DNA of 64,000 nt from Candidatus Niyogibacteria bacterium (lineage in GTDB: Bacteria > Patescibacteriota > Minisyncoccia > JACROR01), in assembly GCA_016214345.1 (NCBI GenBank), contig JACROR010000009.1:66447-130446 (forward strand). Direction: 5' to 3'. The translations under genes and the position numbers were made by a program. Below are positions 9,265-18,190 of the stretch, one piece after another (positions within the stretch are counted from its first letter, which is position 1; each line of letters starts with the position of its first letter). A model generated the notes under the pieces. It saw nothing but the letters and a program-made list of their open reading frames with translations. It was not told the origin of the DNA and did not search any database.

Positions 9265-9432
9265 GAGAGGATTTTAACGGATCTTATCCCTACATAGGCC
9301 AAAAATTCGGAGGAAGAGACCACACTACGGCTATTCACTCTTATTTAAAAGTTGCCCAGGATATAAAAAAGGGGGGGAGGGTTGTGGAAGAAATAAAAAC
9401 CATACGAGAAAATCTTTACAATACCGTTTAAT
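9243..9432 (+). other. dnaA: Out-of-frame DnaA C-terminal fragment (domain IV signature helix)
   Basis: Translation in a second frame gives ...DFNGSYPYIGQKFGGRDHTTAIHSYLKVAQDIKKGGRVVEEIK...*, which contains the DnaA signature GGRDHTT. About 95 aa of DnaA (end of domain III plus the HTH start) are missing between the two pieces. Confidence 0.7.
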
Positions 9433-9674
9433 TGTTAATAAGCTCTGAAAAACATATTCATAAAATCTTAATAAAAAATCAAAAAAATCCTTTCAAATTT
9501 ACCACGCCCGAATAATTAACAGTAAACTCATATTTTTTCAACAATTTATTAATTTTAAAAATCACAAAAAGTATTTAAGAGCAACGTATTTGATTCAAAT
9601 ACACTTATTAACACCGCTAATAATAACAATAAATTTTAAATATTTTATAAATACTTATAATTAATTAAAAAAAT
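9433..9674. promoter_or_regulatory. Candidate oriC DNA-unwinding element / dnaN upstream region (very AT-rich)
   Basis: 240 bp that are AT-rich throughout (longest G/C-containing stretch is ACCACGCCCG), lying between dnaA and dnaN in the canonical origin arrangement. Confidence 0.45.
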
Positions 9675-10775
9675 ATGAAAATAACTTGCGTAAAAAATCC
9701 ATTAAAAGAAGTACTTTTTTTGGCGGAAAAAAATGCCGGGAAAATTTTAAATATGCCGATTTTAAACGGAGTTTATCTTAAAACCGAAAATAATTCTTTA
9801 AAAGTAATATCTACTAATTTGGAAACCGGATTTGAAGGAATTATTCCGGCCAAAGTGCAAAAAGAAGGCGAAGTCGTAGTTCCCGTAAAAATATTGGCGC
9901 AACTCGTGGGAGCGTCTTATGAAGATAAAATAACGCTGGAATCGGTAAAAAATAATCTAAATGTTTCTACGGAAAAAGTATCAAGTTTTATAAAGGGTTA
10001 TCCCATTGAAGATTTTCCAAAAATACCGAATATTAAATCAACTAATAAGTTTGATATTTCAGCCAAAGATTTGAGTAACGCGTTAAAATTCGTGCAAAAC
10101 GCGGCTTCCATTTCAATGATGAAACCGGAAATATCCAGTGTGTTTTTTAACGTTCAAAATAAAAATTTCATTAAAATAGTAGCCACGGATTCTTTTCGCT
10201 TAGCTGAAAAAACTTTAGAGTACGCGGTTAAAAACGCGGATTATTTTTTAATTCCGGAAAAAAGCGCGTCTGAATTATCCAGAATCCTGGAGAATAAAGA
10301 AGATAATGTACAAATAGCATTTGATAAAAATCAAATAGGATTTTACGGCGATAGTTTTAAGTTCACCTCGCGTTTGACGGAAGGAAGTTTTCCCAGTTAT
10401 GAATCCGTTATTCCTAAAAAATTTTCCACGGAAGTTTTAATCTCTCGCAACAGATTGATAGACGCGTTTCGTTCAGCCAGCATATTTACCGGAAATTTGA
10501 ATGAAATAAGCCTGCATATAATGCCCGAAGATAATTTATTGGAAATAAGAACAAAGCATAGCGACATAGGAGAACACACTTCGCAAGTTGACGCTAAAAT
10601 AATTGGAGAAAAAATAACCCTTAATTTTAATTACCATTACGTTTTGGATGGACTGCAGAACATGAGTTGTTCAGACGTTATGCTTCGTTTTAGCGGAGAA
10701 AACAGACCTCTTTTGATACAAGAGCCCAATAATTCTCAGGGAGTTTACTTGGTAATGCCGATGAAAAATGCTTAG
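9675..10775 (+). CDS. dnaN: DNA polymerase III beta sliding clamp
   Basis: 366 aa, three-domain clamp architecture, located downstream of dnaA. Confidence 0.9.
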   Translation: MKITCVKNPLKEVLFLAEKNAGKILNMPILNGVYLKTENNSLKVISTNLETGFEGIIPAKVQKEGEVVVPVKILAQLVGASYEDKITLESVKNNLNVSTEKVSSFIKGYPIEDFPKIPNIKSTNKFDISAKDLSNALKFVQNAASISMMKPEISSVFFNVQNKNFIKIVATDSFRLAEKTLEYAVKNADYFLIPEKSASELSRILENKEDNVQIAFDKNQIGFYGDSFKFTSRLTEGSFPSYESVIPKKFSTEVLISRNRLIDAFRSASIFTGNLNEISLHIMPEDNLLEIRTKHSDIGEHTSQVDAKIIGEKITLNFNYHYVLDGLQNMSCSDVMLRFSGENRPLLIQEPNNSQGVYLVMPMKNA

Positions 10776-11046
10776 ATTGAATTTTTGGTTGGAAAAGTTC
10801 AAAGAGCGCATTATTCCATCCCAAGATCTGATAAAAAGCGAATGTTTAAGCGCCATAAAATCGTGCTGTAAGGTTGGTGTTGGATATAAAATTGCTTTCA
10901 GAAAACCGGTAATTTTGATTGAAACGGGCAATGCCGCGTTACGAAACGAAATAATAATGAAGAAGGGCTTGATCTTAGATCAAATCAAAGAAAGAGTTCA
11001 TAAAGACGCCCCTTCTGACATTAAGTTCGTAACTATTTTATCCTAA
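10768..11046 (+). CDS. DUF721/DciA-like small protein
   Basis: 92 aa, overlaps the dnaN stop; DUF721-like core KVGVGYKIAFRKPVILIETGNAALRNEI. Confidence 0.4.
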   Translation: MLRLNFWLEKFKERIIPSQDLIKSECLSAIKSCCKVGVGYKIAFRKPVILIETGNAALRNEIIMKKGLILDQIKERVHKDAPSDIKFVTILS

Positions 11047-11057
11047 GATAAAATAGT

Positions 11058-13616
11058 TTATTGGAAATTTAAGATCTGTTCCAGTTTACCAATGTTGCCT
11101 ACCTCATCATAGGCTTTTATCATCAAGTCTATTTGGTTGGGGATGGAACTTAATTGTGAAAGATTAAAGTTAATTTCGTATGGCGCGATTTTCTTTGAGC
11201 CGATATACGTGTTATCCAGAAAGAAATCAACCTGTCTTATTTTATAAGGGCTAAAAATTTCTACTTTTATGTCCAGGCTTTCAGCGCTGAGAGATAGGGC
11301 GCCGCTCGGTTTGGTAAGGCGGATGTTTGGCGCGTGTTCCGGTTTGTGTATGTTGTCAAAAGTTTTGGGCAGATCGGTTTCGGTCTGTTCAATTATGCCT
11401 TGTTCGGCTGCCCATTTCCGCACCGGCCATTCCCACATGCGAAATTGCGGATCTGAATCCGGATCCGCCGGAGACGGTCCCAGAGGATTATTTTTATCAA
11501 GCCAGTAGAGTATGGAGTGTATTTGAGTCAGAACTTTTTCTTCCGTTAATTCCGGGGGCGTAAAGTCCGTGGCCAGTTTTTTAGATACGGAATCCACAAG
11601 ATAAACCCTTCCTCCCCTCCATTCGCCACGCAATACCGGTTTTGGCGCGAGAGGGTTTTCGGGAGCAATGAAATTTTCCGCCGGCATGCTTTTAAGCGCC
11701 TCTTTAAAAAAAGCATTCCACATGGGCGCCACAATAAAGCCAGCCACCTTTTTTTCCATTTGAGAATTATCGTTATTGCCGGCCCACGCGCCGAGTGCGA
11801 AATTCGGCGTGTATCCTATAATCCAGGCGTCTCGTGAATCATTGGTGGTTCCTGTTTTGGCGGCAACGTCTCTGCCCGGGAAATAAAGAGGAGAGTTTTC
11901 TCCAAATGCCGGTACGCGCGCCCGGTTATCCGAAAGCACGCTGTTTATAAGCCTGGCGATTTGAGGTTCTAAAATCTTTTCTTCCTTTTTTTGGTATTCT
12001 TCTAAAACTTTTCCGTTGGCATCCTCAACTTTTTCTATGAAGGTCGGCGTGGTCCGTACGCCATCATTTCCAAAAACTCCGTATGCTCCCACTATGTCCA
12101 AAAGCTTTACTTCTCCGCCTCCCAGAACCAGGGTTAGTCCGTATCTTTCCGGATCGTTCAAGGTGGTTATGCCCATACTCTTCGCGGTTTTAAGGGTATC
12201 CGTGAATCCGGCCAAATACAACGTTTTTACCGCCGGAACATTTATGGATTGGGCTAAGGCCTCGCGCATGGTTATGGGTCCGCGGAAAACATGGTCGTAA
12301 TTTTCGGGATGATAACATTCGTCTTTGTATTGCGGATTATTTTTTAATTTTTCAGCGGTTTCTTTTTCTTGCGCTTTAAGGTCGGGATTGCACCGGGGGT
12401 TGAATTCCGTTTGTAAGTCAAACAAGGCGGTGTCCGGGGCATAGCCCTTTTTAAGGGCCGTGGCGTAAGCAAAGGGCTTGAAGGCGGAACCGGGCTGTCG
12501 CAACGCGAGCGTAACATTAAAATTACCTTCAAATTTACAGGAAAGCCCTGGAACGCAATTTTCCGGTTCCGGCGGAGCAAAATAGTTTTTGGATCCTGCC
12601 ATAACCAATAATTTTCCGGTTTTGGGATCAGTAGCCACCATCCCGGTGTTGTGGGCGTTAAATTTGTTTAAATTTTCTTCGGCAAATTGGTTGATGGTGA
12701 CCTCGGCTTTTTTTTGTAGATCCCAGTCAAGCGTGGTAGTTACTTTAAGTCCTCCGCTTGCCACCAGGTCTTCGCCGTATTTATTTTCCAAGTAGTCTTT
12801 AACCATCATTACGAAGTGAGGAGCTTTTAAAGTGTTGGCGTCATCTTTGGCGATAAAAACCACGTTTTCTTTTTGGGCGGCTTCTTTTTCCTCTTCGGTT
12901 ATGAATTTCAGATCAGCCATTTTGGCTAAAATAAGATCTTTGCGCGATTTAAGTTCTTTGGCGTGCAGTCCAAAAGGAGAATAGTAGGACGGGGCTTGCG
13001 GTAGCGCGGCCAAATAAGCGGATTCGGCGAGTGTAAGATCTTTGGCGCGCTTATTGAAGAAAGTTTGCGAGGCGGCCTCAATGCCGTAACTGCTTGAACC
13101 GTAAGGTATTTCGTTCAGATATAATTCCAGGATTTTTTCTTTGGAATATTTTTGTTCTATTTTTATCGCCAACACCAGCTCTTTTAATTTACGGGAAAAG
13201 GTTTTTTCCGGAGTTAAGAAGCTGTTTTTTACCAGCTGTTGCGTTATGGTGGAGCCTCCCTGTTTTTTCGCGCCGGTAAAAATATCAGTTAACAGGGCGC
13301 GCAGTATGGAGAACGGCGCTATGCCGCCGTGATAATAAAAATTGTCATCTTCAATGGCTACCGTGGCATTTTTGATTTGTCGTGGCATTTCCGCGAAAGA
13401 TATTACCGTTCGTTTGATGTCTTGATGCACATCATATAAAGACACCTTTCCGGTTTTATCATAAATTTTGGTTGACTGCACTACTTTTCTGTTCAGAAGA
13501 GTGTTAAAGTCGGGTATTTTTACGCTAATTAACAGAACCCAAATACTAAAAACCCCGACCATTAAAATGCCGGATACGGTGGCTATGGGAAATATTTTTT
13601 TTGCAACCGCTTTCAT
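11058..13616 (-). CDS. Class A penicillin-binding protein (transglycosylase + transpeptidase), PBP1A family
   Basis: GT51 motifs (GGSTITQQLVKN), transpeptidase domain, N-terminal TM anchor; ~150-aa C-terminal extension. Confidence 0.9.
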   Translation of the reverse strand: MKAVAKKIFPIATVSGILMVGVFSIWVLLISVKIPDFNTLLNRKVVQSTKIYDKTGKVSLYDVHQDIKRTVISFAEMPRQIKNATVAIEDDNFYYHGGIAPFSILRALLTDIFTGAKKQGGSTITQQLVKNSFLTPEKTFSRKLKELVLAIKIEQKYSKEKILELYLNEIPYGSSSYGIEAASQTFFNKRAKDLTLAESAYLAALPQAPSYYSPFGLHAKELKSRKDLILAKMADLKFITEEEKEAAQKENVVFIAKDDANTLKAPHFVMMVKDYLENKYGEDLVASGGLKVTTTLDWDLQKKAEVTINQFAEENLNKFNAHNTGMVATDPKTGKLLVMAGSKNYFAPPEPENCVPGLSCKFEGNFNVTLALRQPGSAFKPFAYATALKKGYAPDTALFDLQTEFNPRCNPDLKAQEKETAEKLKNNPQYKDECYHPENYDHVFRGPITMREALAQSINVPAVKTLYLAGFTDTLKTAKSMGITTLNDPERYGLTLVLGGGEVKLLDIVGAYGVFGNDGVRTTPTFIEKVEDANGKVLEEYQKKEEKILEPQIARLINSVLSDNRARVPAFGENSPLYFPGRDVAAKTGTTNDSRDAWIIGYTPNFALGAWAGNNDNSQMEKKVAGFIVAPMWNAFFKEALKSMPAENFIAPENPLAPKPVLRGEWRGGRVYLVDSVSKKLATDFTPPELTEEKVLTQIHSILYWLDKNNPLGPSPADPDSDPQFRMWEWPVRKWAAEQGIIEQTETDLPKTFDNIHKPEHAPNIRLTKPSGALSLSAESLDIKVEIFSPYKIRQVDFFLDNTYIGSKKIAPYEINFNLSQLSSIPNQIDLMIKAYDEVGNIGKLEQILNFQ

Positions 13617-13652
13617 TTAACTCTATAATTATAATACCTAAATTTATATAGC

Positions 13653-14843
13653 ATGAAAAAGGATAATGACAAAATAAAAGAATTACTGGACCGGAGAGTG
13701 GTCGGCATCATAGTCAGAGAGGAGTTGGAAAAGAAGCTCAGATCCGGCAAAAAGCTGCGTATTAAGCTGGGGGTTGATGTGGCGCGTCCGGACATACATC
13801 TGGGGCATGCCGTGGCTCTGTGGAAGTTGCGAGAGTTCCAGGATTTGGGACACACGGTCATCTTTTTGATAGGCGACGCCACTACGCGCATAGGCGACCC
13901 TACGGGTCAAGACAGAACCAGGCCGCTTTTAACGGAAGAACAAATCAATAAAAACGCGGAAACCTACATAGAACAAGCCGGTAAAATTTTAGACATTAAT
14001 AAAACGGAAGTTCGCCGCAATTCGGAATGGTTTGATGAGATGGCCATGTTTGATTTTATAAAACTTCTTACCATGGTAACCCATTCGCAATTGATAGCGC
14101 GGGAGGCCTTTCAGGAAAGAATTAAGGCCGGTAAGGAAATTTTAATGCATGAAATAATCTATCCGGTCATGCAGGGGTACGACTCGGTCGTACTGAAGGC
14201 GGATGTGGCCGTACACGCGGACCAGCTTTTTAATGAACATTTCGGCCGGATGTTGCAGGAAAAGTTTGGGCAAGAACCGCAGACGATCATGACGGTGCCC
14301 ATATTGGTGGGCTTGGACGGCAAACATAAAATGTCCAAGTCTTTGGATAATTATGTGGGCGTTGCGGAGAGTCCGGAGAGCATGTACGGAAAAGCAATGT
14401 CTTTACCGGATGAATTAATAATTGATTATTTTAATTTGTGTACTTTTGTTGACGCGGCTGAAATTTCTCAAATGAATGAAGCAATAAAAAATCATAAATT
14501 AAATCCGCGTGATGTGAAAATGAGATTAGCGCGCGAGATTGTTTCTATTTATCATAGTGTCAAAGATGCGGACGGAGCGGAGGAAAATTTTAAAAATATT
14601 TTTCAAAAAGGCGCTTTGCCGTCAGAAGTTCCTTTGCTGATTTTGCGGTCTCCGGGAAAATTATCCGATATTTTATTGGGCGCGAAATTGGTTTCTTCGC
14701 GTTCGGAATTCCGGAGGCTGATCAATGCCCGAGGTATAGATTTTGAGGGCGTTGTGGTGGAAGATCCGCATCGCATTATTAATGAGTCGGGCACAGTACG
14801 AGTGGGCAAACTTAAATTTTTAAAAATAGAGTTTATAAAATAA
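13653..14843 (+). CDS. tyrS: Tyrosyl-tRNA synthetase
   Basis: HIGH motif HLGH, KMSKS motif, C-terminal S4 domain. Confidence 0.85.
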   Translation: MKKDNDKIKELLDRRVVGIIVREELEKKLRSGKKLRIKLGVDVARPDIHLGHAVALWKLREFQDLGHTVIFLIGDATTRIGDPTGQDRTRPLLTEEQINKNAETYIEQAGKILDINKTEVRRNSEWFDEMAMFDFIKLLTMVTHSQLIAREAFQERIKAGKEILMHEIIYPVMQGYDSVVLKADVAVHADQLFNEHFGRMLQEKFGQEPQTIMTVPILVGLDGKHKMSKSLDNYVGVAESPESMYGKAMSLPDELIIDYFNLCTFVDAAEISQMNEAIKNHKLNPRDVKMRLAREIVSIYHSVKDADGAEENFKNIFQKGALPSEVPLLILRSPGKLSDILLGAKLVSSRSEFRRLINARGIDFEGVVVEDPHRIINESGTVRVGKLKFLKIEFIK

Positions 14844-14874
14844 TAATCCCGGCGCAGCCGGGATTATTATTTTA
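14844..14874. terminator. Intrinsic terminator after tyrS
   Basis: AATAATCCCGGC-GCA-GCCGGGATTATT followed by a T-run. Confidence 0.7.
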
Positions 14875-15184
14875 TAGTTCTTCGTTTTCTTCTGTGGGAA
14901 ATGCTTCCTCTGCGAATTCTTCCGGGTCCGTCATTTCTTCCGGGTCATCAATATTCTCCCCGTCGTCCGTATTTAAGATTATATCTTTTGAAATTAAATC
15001 CATGCGTTTTTGTTTAGCTAATTATTACGACCTTGCCCGCCCTTTCGCGGGAAATATTTATAATTCCTACGGAAATTCAAGAAATGCCGCGGCATTTCTT
15101 ATATTTGTACCAAAATTAATATTTTTGTAAAGACCCCGTAATTTTATTGTGGATAACTTGTGAGCAAGGCCTGTATATGGTTAT

Positions 15185-15676
15185 TTATAGCCCTATTTTA
15201 TGGTAAGCAAAGGCAGTTAAGGTGATGGCCAGAGCGTCCGTAGTGTCGTCGTATTTGGGAATTGTTTCCAATTTTAGCAGCATTTTAACCATGGCCTGCA
15301 CTTGTTTTTTATCGGCTTTGCCGTAGCCGCATATGGCGGTTTTTACCTCCAGGGGCGCGAATTCCATGAGCGGTATTTTGTTTTGCGCCGCGAGGTAAAT
15401 GAGTATGCCGCGCGCTTCCGCCACTTTGAACGCGGTTTTTTGGTTTTTAGTGAAGTAAATTTTTTCCAAAGCAATGGCGTCGGGATTTTGTTCGCGAATG
15501 ATTTTTTTAATTCCCGATCCTATGGCCAGCAGCCTCTTTTCATACGCGGTATTGTTATAGGTTTCCAGGCATCCCAGGCATTCCACAATATAATTATTGC
15601 CTTCGCGCGAAATAACGGAATATCCCAAGCGTCCAAAGCCGGGATCAATTCCGAGAATTTTAGTGTGCGCGGCCAT
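15185..15676 (-). CDS. ruvC: Holliday junction resolvase RuvC
   Basis: RuvC catalytic motifs (ILGIDPG...; DALAIA region). Confidence 0.9.
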   Translation of the reverse strand: MAAHTKILGIDPGFGRLGYSVISREGNNYIVECLGCLETYNNTAYEKRLLAIGSGIKKIIREQNPDAIALEKIYFTKNQKTAFKVAEARGILIYLAAQNKIPLMEFAPLEVKTAICGYGKADKKQVQAMVKMLLKLETIPKYDDTTDALAITLTAFAYHKIGL

Positions 15677-16209
15677 TATTCGGCGTTTGAATAAATTTCC
15701 TGTATGTCGTCATGGTTGTCCAGCGCCTCCATAAGTTTGTCAAAAGTTTTCGCGTCTTTTTCATTTAACGCCACGGGCATTTTAGAAAACCATTCATTGC
15801 CTTTTTTTTCAAATGCCCAAGTGACCGATCCGGTTTCCGCCAACTTGGCGTTATGTTCGGATAAAATATGTTTTATTTCCGCGACCGTTCTGTTTTTATT
15901 GTCGGTTACGGCTTCAATGATGATGGCCACCCCTCCCGGACCATAGGCTTCGTATCTTGCGGATTCAAGCGTTGCGCCTCCTGATTTTCCGCCACCTTTT
16001 TTGATGGCGCGTTCAATATTGTCAGCTGGCATATTCGCGGCTTTGGCTTTTTCCACGGCGGCGCGCAGATCCGGATTGGTATTGGGATCTTCTCCTTTAC
16101 GGCTGGCTAACTGTATTATTTTTGCCAGCTTTCCGAAAATCTGCCCTTTTTTAATATCCGTAACGGCTTTTTTATTTTTGATTTGTGACCACTTGCTGTG
16201 TCCCGACAT
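15676..16209 (-). CDS. yebC: YebC/PmpR-family protein (short variant lacking the middle domain)
   Basis: N-terminus [15 protein letters not shown]... and C-terminal [11 protein letters not shown]. Confidence 0.8.
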   Translation of the reverse strand: MSGHSKWSQIKNKKAVTDIKKGQIFGKLAKIIQLASRKGEDPNTNPDLRAAVEKAKAANMPADNIERAIKKGGGKSGGATLESARYEAYGPGGVAIIIEAVTDNKNRTVAEIKHILSEHNAKLAETGSVTWAFEKKGNEWFSKMPVALNEKDAKTFDKLMEALDNHDDIQEIYSNAE

Positions 16210-16221
16210 ATTAATTAAATA

Positions 16222-16740
16222 TTATTCGTTCAAATTAGGGCTATTTGAGCCAGTTTTGTTTTTTTGAGCGTATTCCAAAATTATATCTTTAGCGTGGCCG
16301 GCATTGGGTATGTTTTTGGCTATGAACTGCTTTTCTCCCGCGGTTTGCACTATGATGTTTCCGAATTTAAAAACGGTCGCGAAAAAGTCGGGTATTTCCA
16401 CGGTTACATCTTGTACGCGGGACAGCATGAATTCTGAAATTTCCCGGTTGAAAAGTCCGCGTTGTTCAATGCTTATAACCCGTTCATTGGTTATGATCCA
16501 CATATCCAAATAATAATCCACCCACAGGATGAAGCTTATGAGTAAAATAATTAAGATATATATGCTAAGCAAGAAGGCGGCGAGCGTCGTGTAATTTTCC
16601 GGAATATAGGCCGAAGATATTTGCGTTAAGATTACGGCGATCAAAAGCATTATTATAATGACCGTCATTTTGCTGCCGATGACGAACCAGTGCCGGTGCA
16701 CGGCCAAAATTATTTGTTCTCCGGATTTGGTTTCAAACAT
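16222..16740 (-). CDS. Membrane protein with bacterial PH domain (bPH_2/YdbT-like)
   Basis: Two TM helices followed by a PH-like region ERVISIEQRGLFNREISEFMLSRVQDVTVE. Confidence 0.5.
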   Translation of the reverse strand: MFETKSGEQIILAVHRHWFVIGSKMTVIIIMLLIAVILTQISSAYIPENYTTLAAFLLSIYILIILLISFILWVDYYLDMWIITNERVISIEQRGLFNREISEFMLSRVQDVTVEIPDFFATVFKFGNIIVQTAGEKQFIAKNIPNAGHAKDIILEYAQKNKTGSNSPNLNE

Positions 16741-16942
16741 GGAAAATTTGGTCCCACGGCACCGTGAAAAAAAGCGCCGCGGAAATTATTATGAATATTG
16801 CGATGGTTCCCAAAAACACCTTGGTTATCAGGTTGCGTTTGTCGTCGGGCAGCACATATTCTTTTAAATGCCAAAGAATGATCGCGACAAATGCCACATA
16901 AGACAAGATAAACAGGGAATATATTATTAAAGGAATGATCAT
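16733..16942 (-). CDS. Small membrane protein, hypothetical
   Basis: 69 aa with two hydrophobic helices; translationally coupled between ruvB and the PH-domain gene. Confidence 0.4.
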   Translation of the reverse strand: MIIPLIIYSLFILSYVAFVAIILWHLKEYVLPDDKRNLITKVFLGTIAIFIIISAALFFTVPWDQIFHV

Positions 16943-17973
16943 AGTAAATGGTTTTGATTTTGGCGCGGAGGGTTTTTGCCCAAGTGTTCAAACGCGCCCG
17001 TGGTTGCCGTTCTTCCTCTTGGCGTTCTTTCTATAAATCCTAATTGCAGGAGGTATGGTTCATACACCTCTTCAATGGTGTCCGGATCTTCGGATAACGC
17101 GGCGGCTATGGTTTTTATACCGACCGGTCCGCCGTTAAATTTACTTATAATGGTGTCCAGTATTTGACGATCATGATTTTCTAGGCCAAGGCGATCAATT
17201 TTTAACATTTCCAGCGCCCTTTCCGTTTCGTTAATGGTTATGATCTCCGCTCTTTGAACTTGCGCGTAGTCTCTGACCCTTTTTAACAGCCGATTGGCCA
17301 CTCGCGGCGTTTGTCTGGAACGCTCGGCTATAATAGTTGCCGCGTCATCGTTTATTTTTATGCGGAGAATTTGTGCGGAACGGAGAATTATTTTTTTAAT
17401 TTCCTGGTTGCTGTAAAAATCCAAACGGAAGCTGCCGCCGGAAAATCTGGACCGGAGCGGGGAAGACAGGAGGGAGATGCGGGTAGTCGCGCCTATTAAG
17501 GTAAAGGCCGGCAGTTCCAATTGTATGGAGCGGGCAGAGGGGCCCTTGCCCAGCACGACATCCAACGTTCTGCTTTCCATGGCCGGATAGAGCACTTCTT
17601 CTATGAGTTTGTTCAGCCGATGTATTTCATCAATAAACAAAATATCTCCGTTGGAAAGATTGGTGAGTATGGATGCCAGATCTCCCACCCGTTCAATGGC
17701 CGGACCGGAAGTGATTTTTATGGGCGCGCCGATTTCATGCGATATAAGATAGGCAAGCGTGGTTTTGCCGAGTCCCGGCGGTCCGTAGAAAAGGAGATGT
17801 TCCACGCATTCGCCGCGTTCTTTCGCTGCCTGGATTAAAATACTTAAATTTTGTTTTACGGTATTTTGCCCTATGTATTCATCCCAGCGTCTGGGACGCA
17901 AAGTAAGGTCAAGATTTTTGTCTTCTCCTTGTTGATTGGGCCCTGTGGCGGATGATAATGGGGGGGTTGACAT
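16939..17973 (-). CDS. ruvB: Holliday junction helicase RuvB
   Basis: Walker [10 protein letters not shown], RuvB-specific [12 protein letters not shown]. Start placed at MSTPP (17973), ~25 aa before the conserved LRP; the ORF track extends to 18150 through a region I interpret as promoter plus ncRNA. Confidence 0.85.
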   Translation of the reverse strand: MSTPPLSSATGPNQQGEDKNLDLTLRPRRWDEYIGQNTVKQNLSILIQAAKERGECVEHLLFYGPPGLGKTTLAYLISHEIGAPIKITSGPAIERVGDLASILTNLSNGDILFIDEIHRLNKLIEEVLYPAMESRTLDVVLGKGPSARSIQLELPAFTLIGATTRISLLSSPLRSRFSGGSFRLDFYSNQEIKKIILRSAQILRIKINDDAATIIAERSRQTPRVANRLLKRVRDYAQVQRAEIITINETERALEMLKIDRLGLENHDRQILDTIISKFNGGPVGIKTIAAALSEDPDTIEEVYEPYLLQLGFIERTPRGRTATTGAFEHLGKNPPRQNQNHLL

Positions 17974-17995
17974 ATTTTTAATTTGGATATATAAT
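17967..17995 (+). promoter_or_regulatory. Perfect sigma70-consensus promoter (TTGACA-N17-TATAAT) on the + strand
   Basis: TTGACA at 17967-17972, 17-nt spacer, TATAAT at 17990-17995. Confidence 0.6.
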
Positions 17996-18001
17996 ACTTC
18001 T

Positions 18002-18190
18002 AAATTTAGAAGCGAGCTTTGCACTTTTAAGTCTCTGGGTGATACCATCGCAAGGTGGCAGGACTTTCTTTTAAGGGCAATCTGGCTCTCCACTTCTTGT
18101 GGCAGAACCGCTGGACCGCTCCTTTGGGAAAGCTCTAAGCTATTGGTCAACTCAATTAGTATATTGCCCGGAGACTTAAAGGTGCTATTC
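18002..18190 (+). ncRNA. Candidate structured small RNA (~185 nt; 6S-like size and closing helix; family unassigned)
   Basis: Predicted TSS ~7 nt after the -10; 5' palindrome CTTCTAAATTTAGAAG; 19-bp long-range helix 18021-18039 with 18167-18185 carrying two U-G pairs that are valid only on the + strand; no coding potential; convergent with pilB. Confidence 0.4.

Noticed and set aside
14872-15003. 43-aa highly acidic ORF on the minus strand (MDLISKDIILNTDDGENIDDPEEMTDPEEFAEEAFPTEENEEL)
   Set aside because: No Shine-Dalgarno site, a low-complexity acidic composition, and overlap with the tyrS terminator. It is probably not a gene, though a small acidic protein cannot be excluded.
15149-15157. 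Perfect DnaA box TGTGGATAA in the tyrS-ruvC spacer
   Set aside because: A single 9-mer is expected by chance about 0.5 times in 64 kb on both strands. It is not clustered with others and is far from the dnaA-dnaN origin region.
16939-18150. Full-length 403-aa RuvB ORF with a 59-aa N-terminal extension
   Set aside because: The extension is low-complexity (Ser/Leu/Gln-rich) and overlaps the perfect promoter and the structured RNA. RuvB homologs begin ~25 aa before LRP, which matches the internal Met at 17973.
17976-18190. RNase P RNA, tmRNA or SRP RNA as the identity of the ruvB-pilB spacer RNA
   Set aside because: A GAAAGUCC-like string occurs on the minus strand, but the region is far too short for RNase P RNA (~350 nt) or tmRNA. 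The CR-I/CR-IV motifs, the tmRNA tag ORF and the SRP domain IV GGAA motif are all absent. The wobble pairs support the plus strand only.
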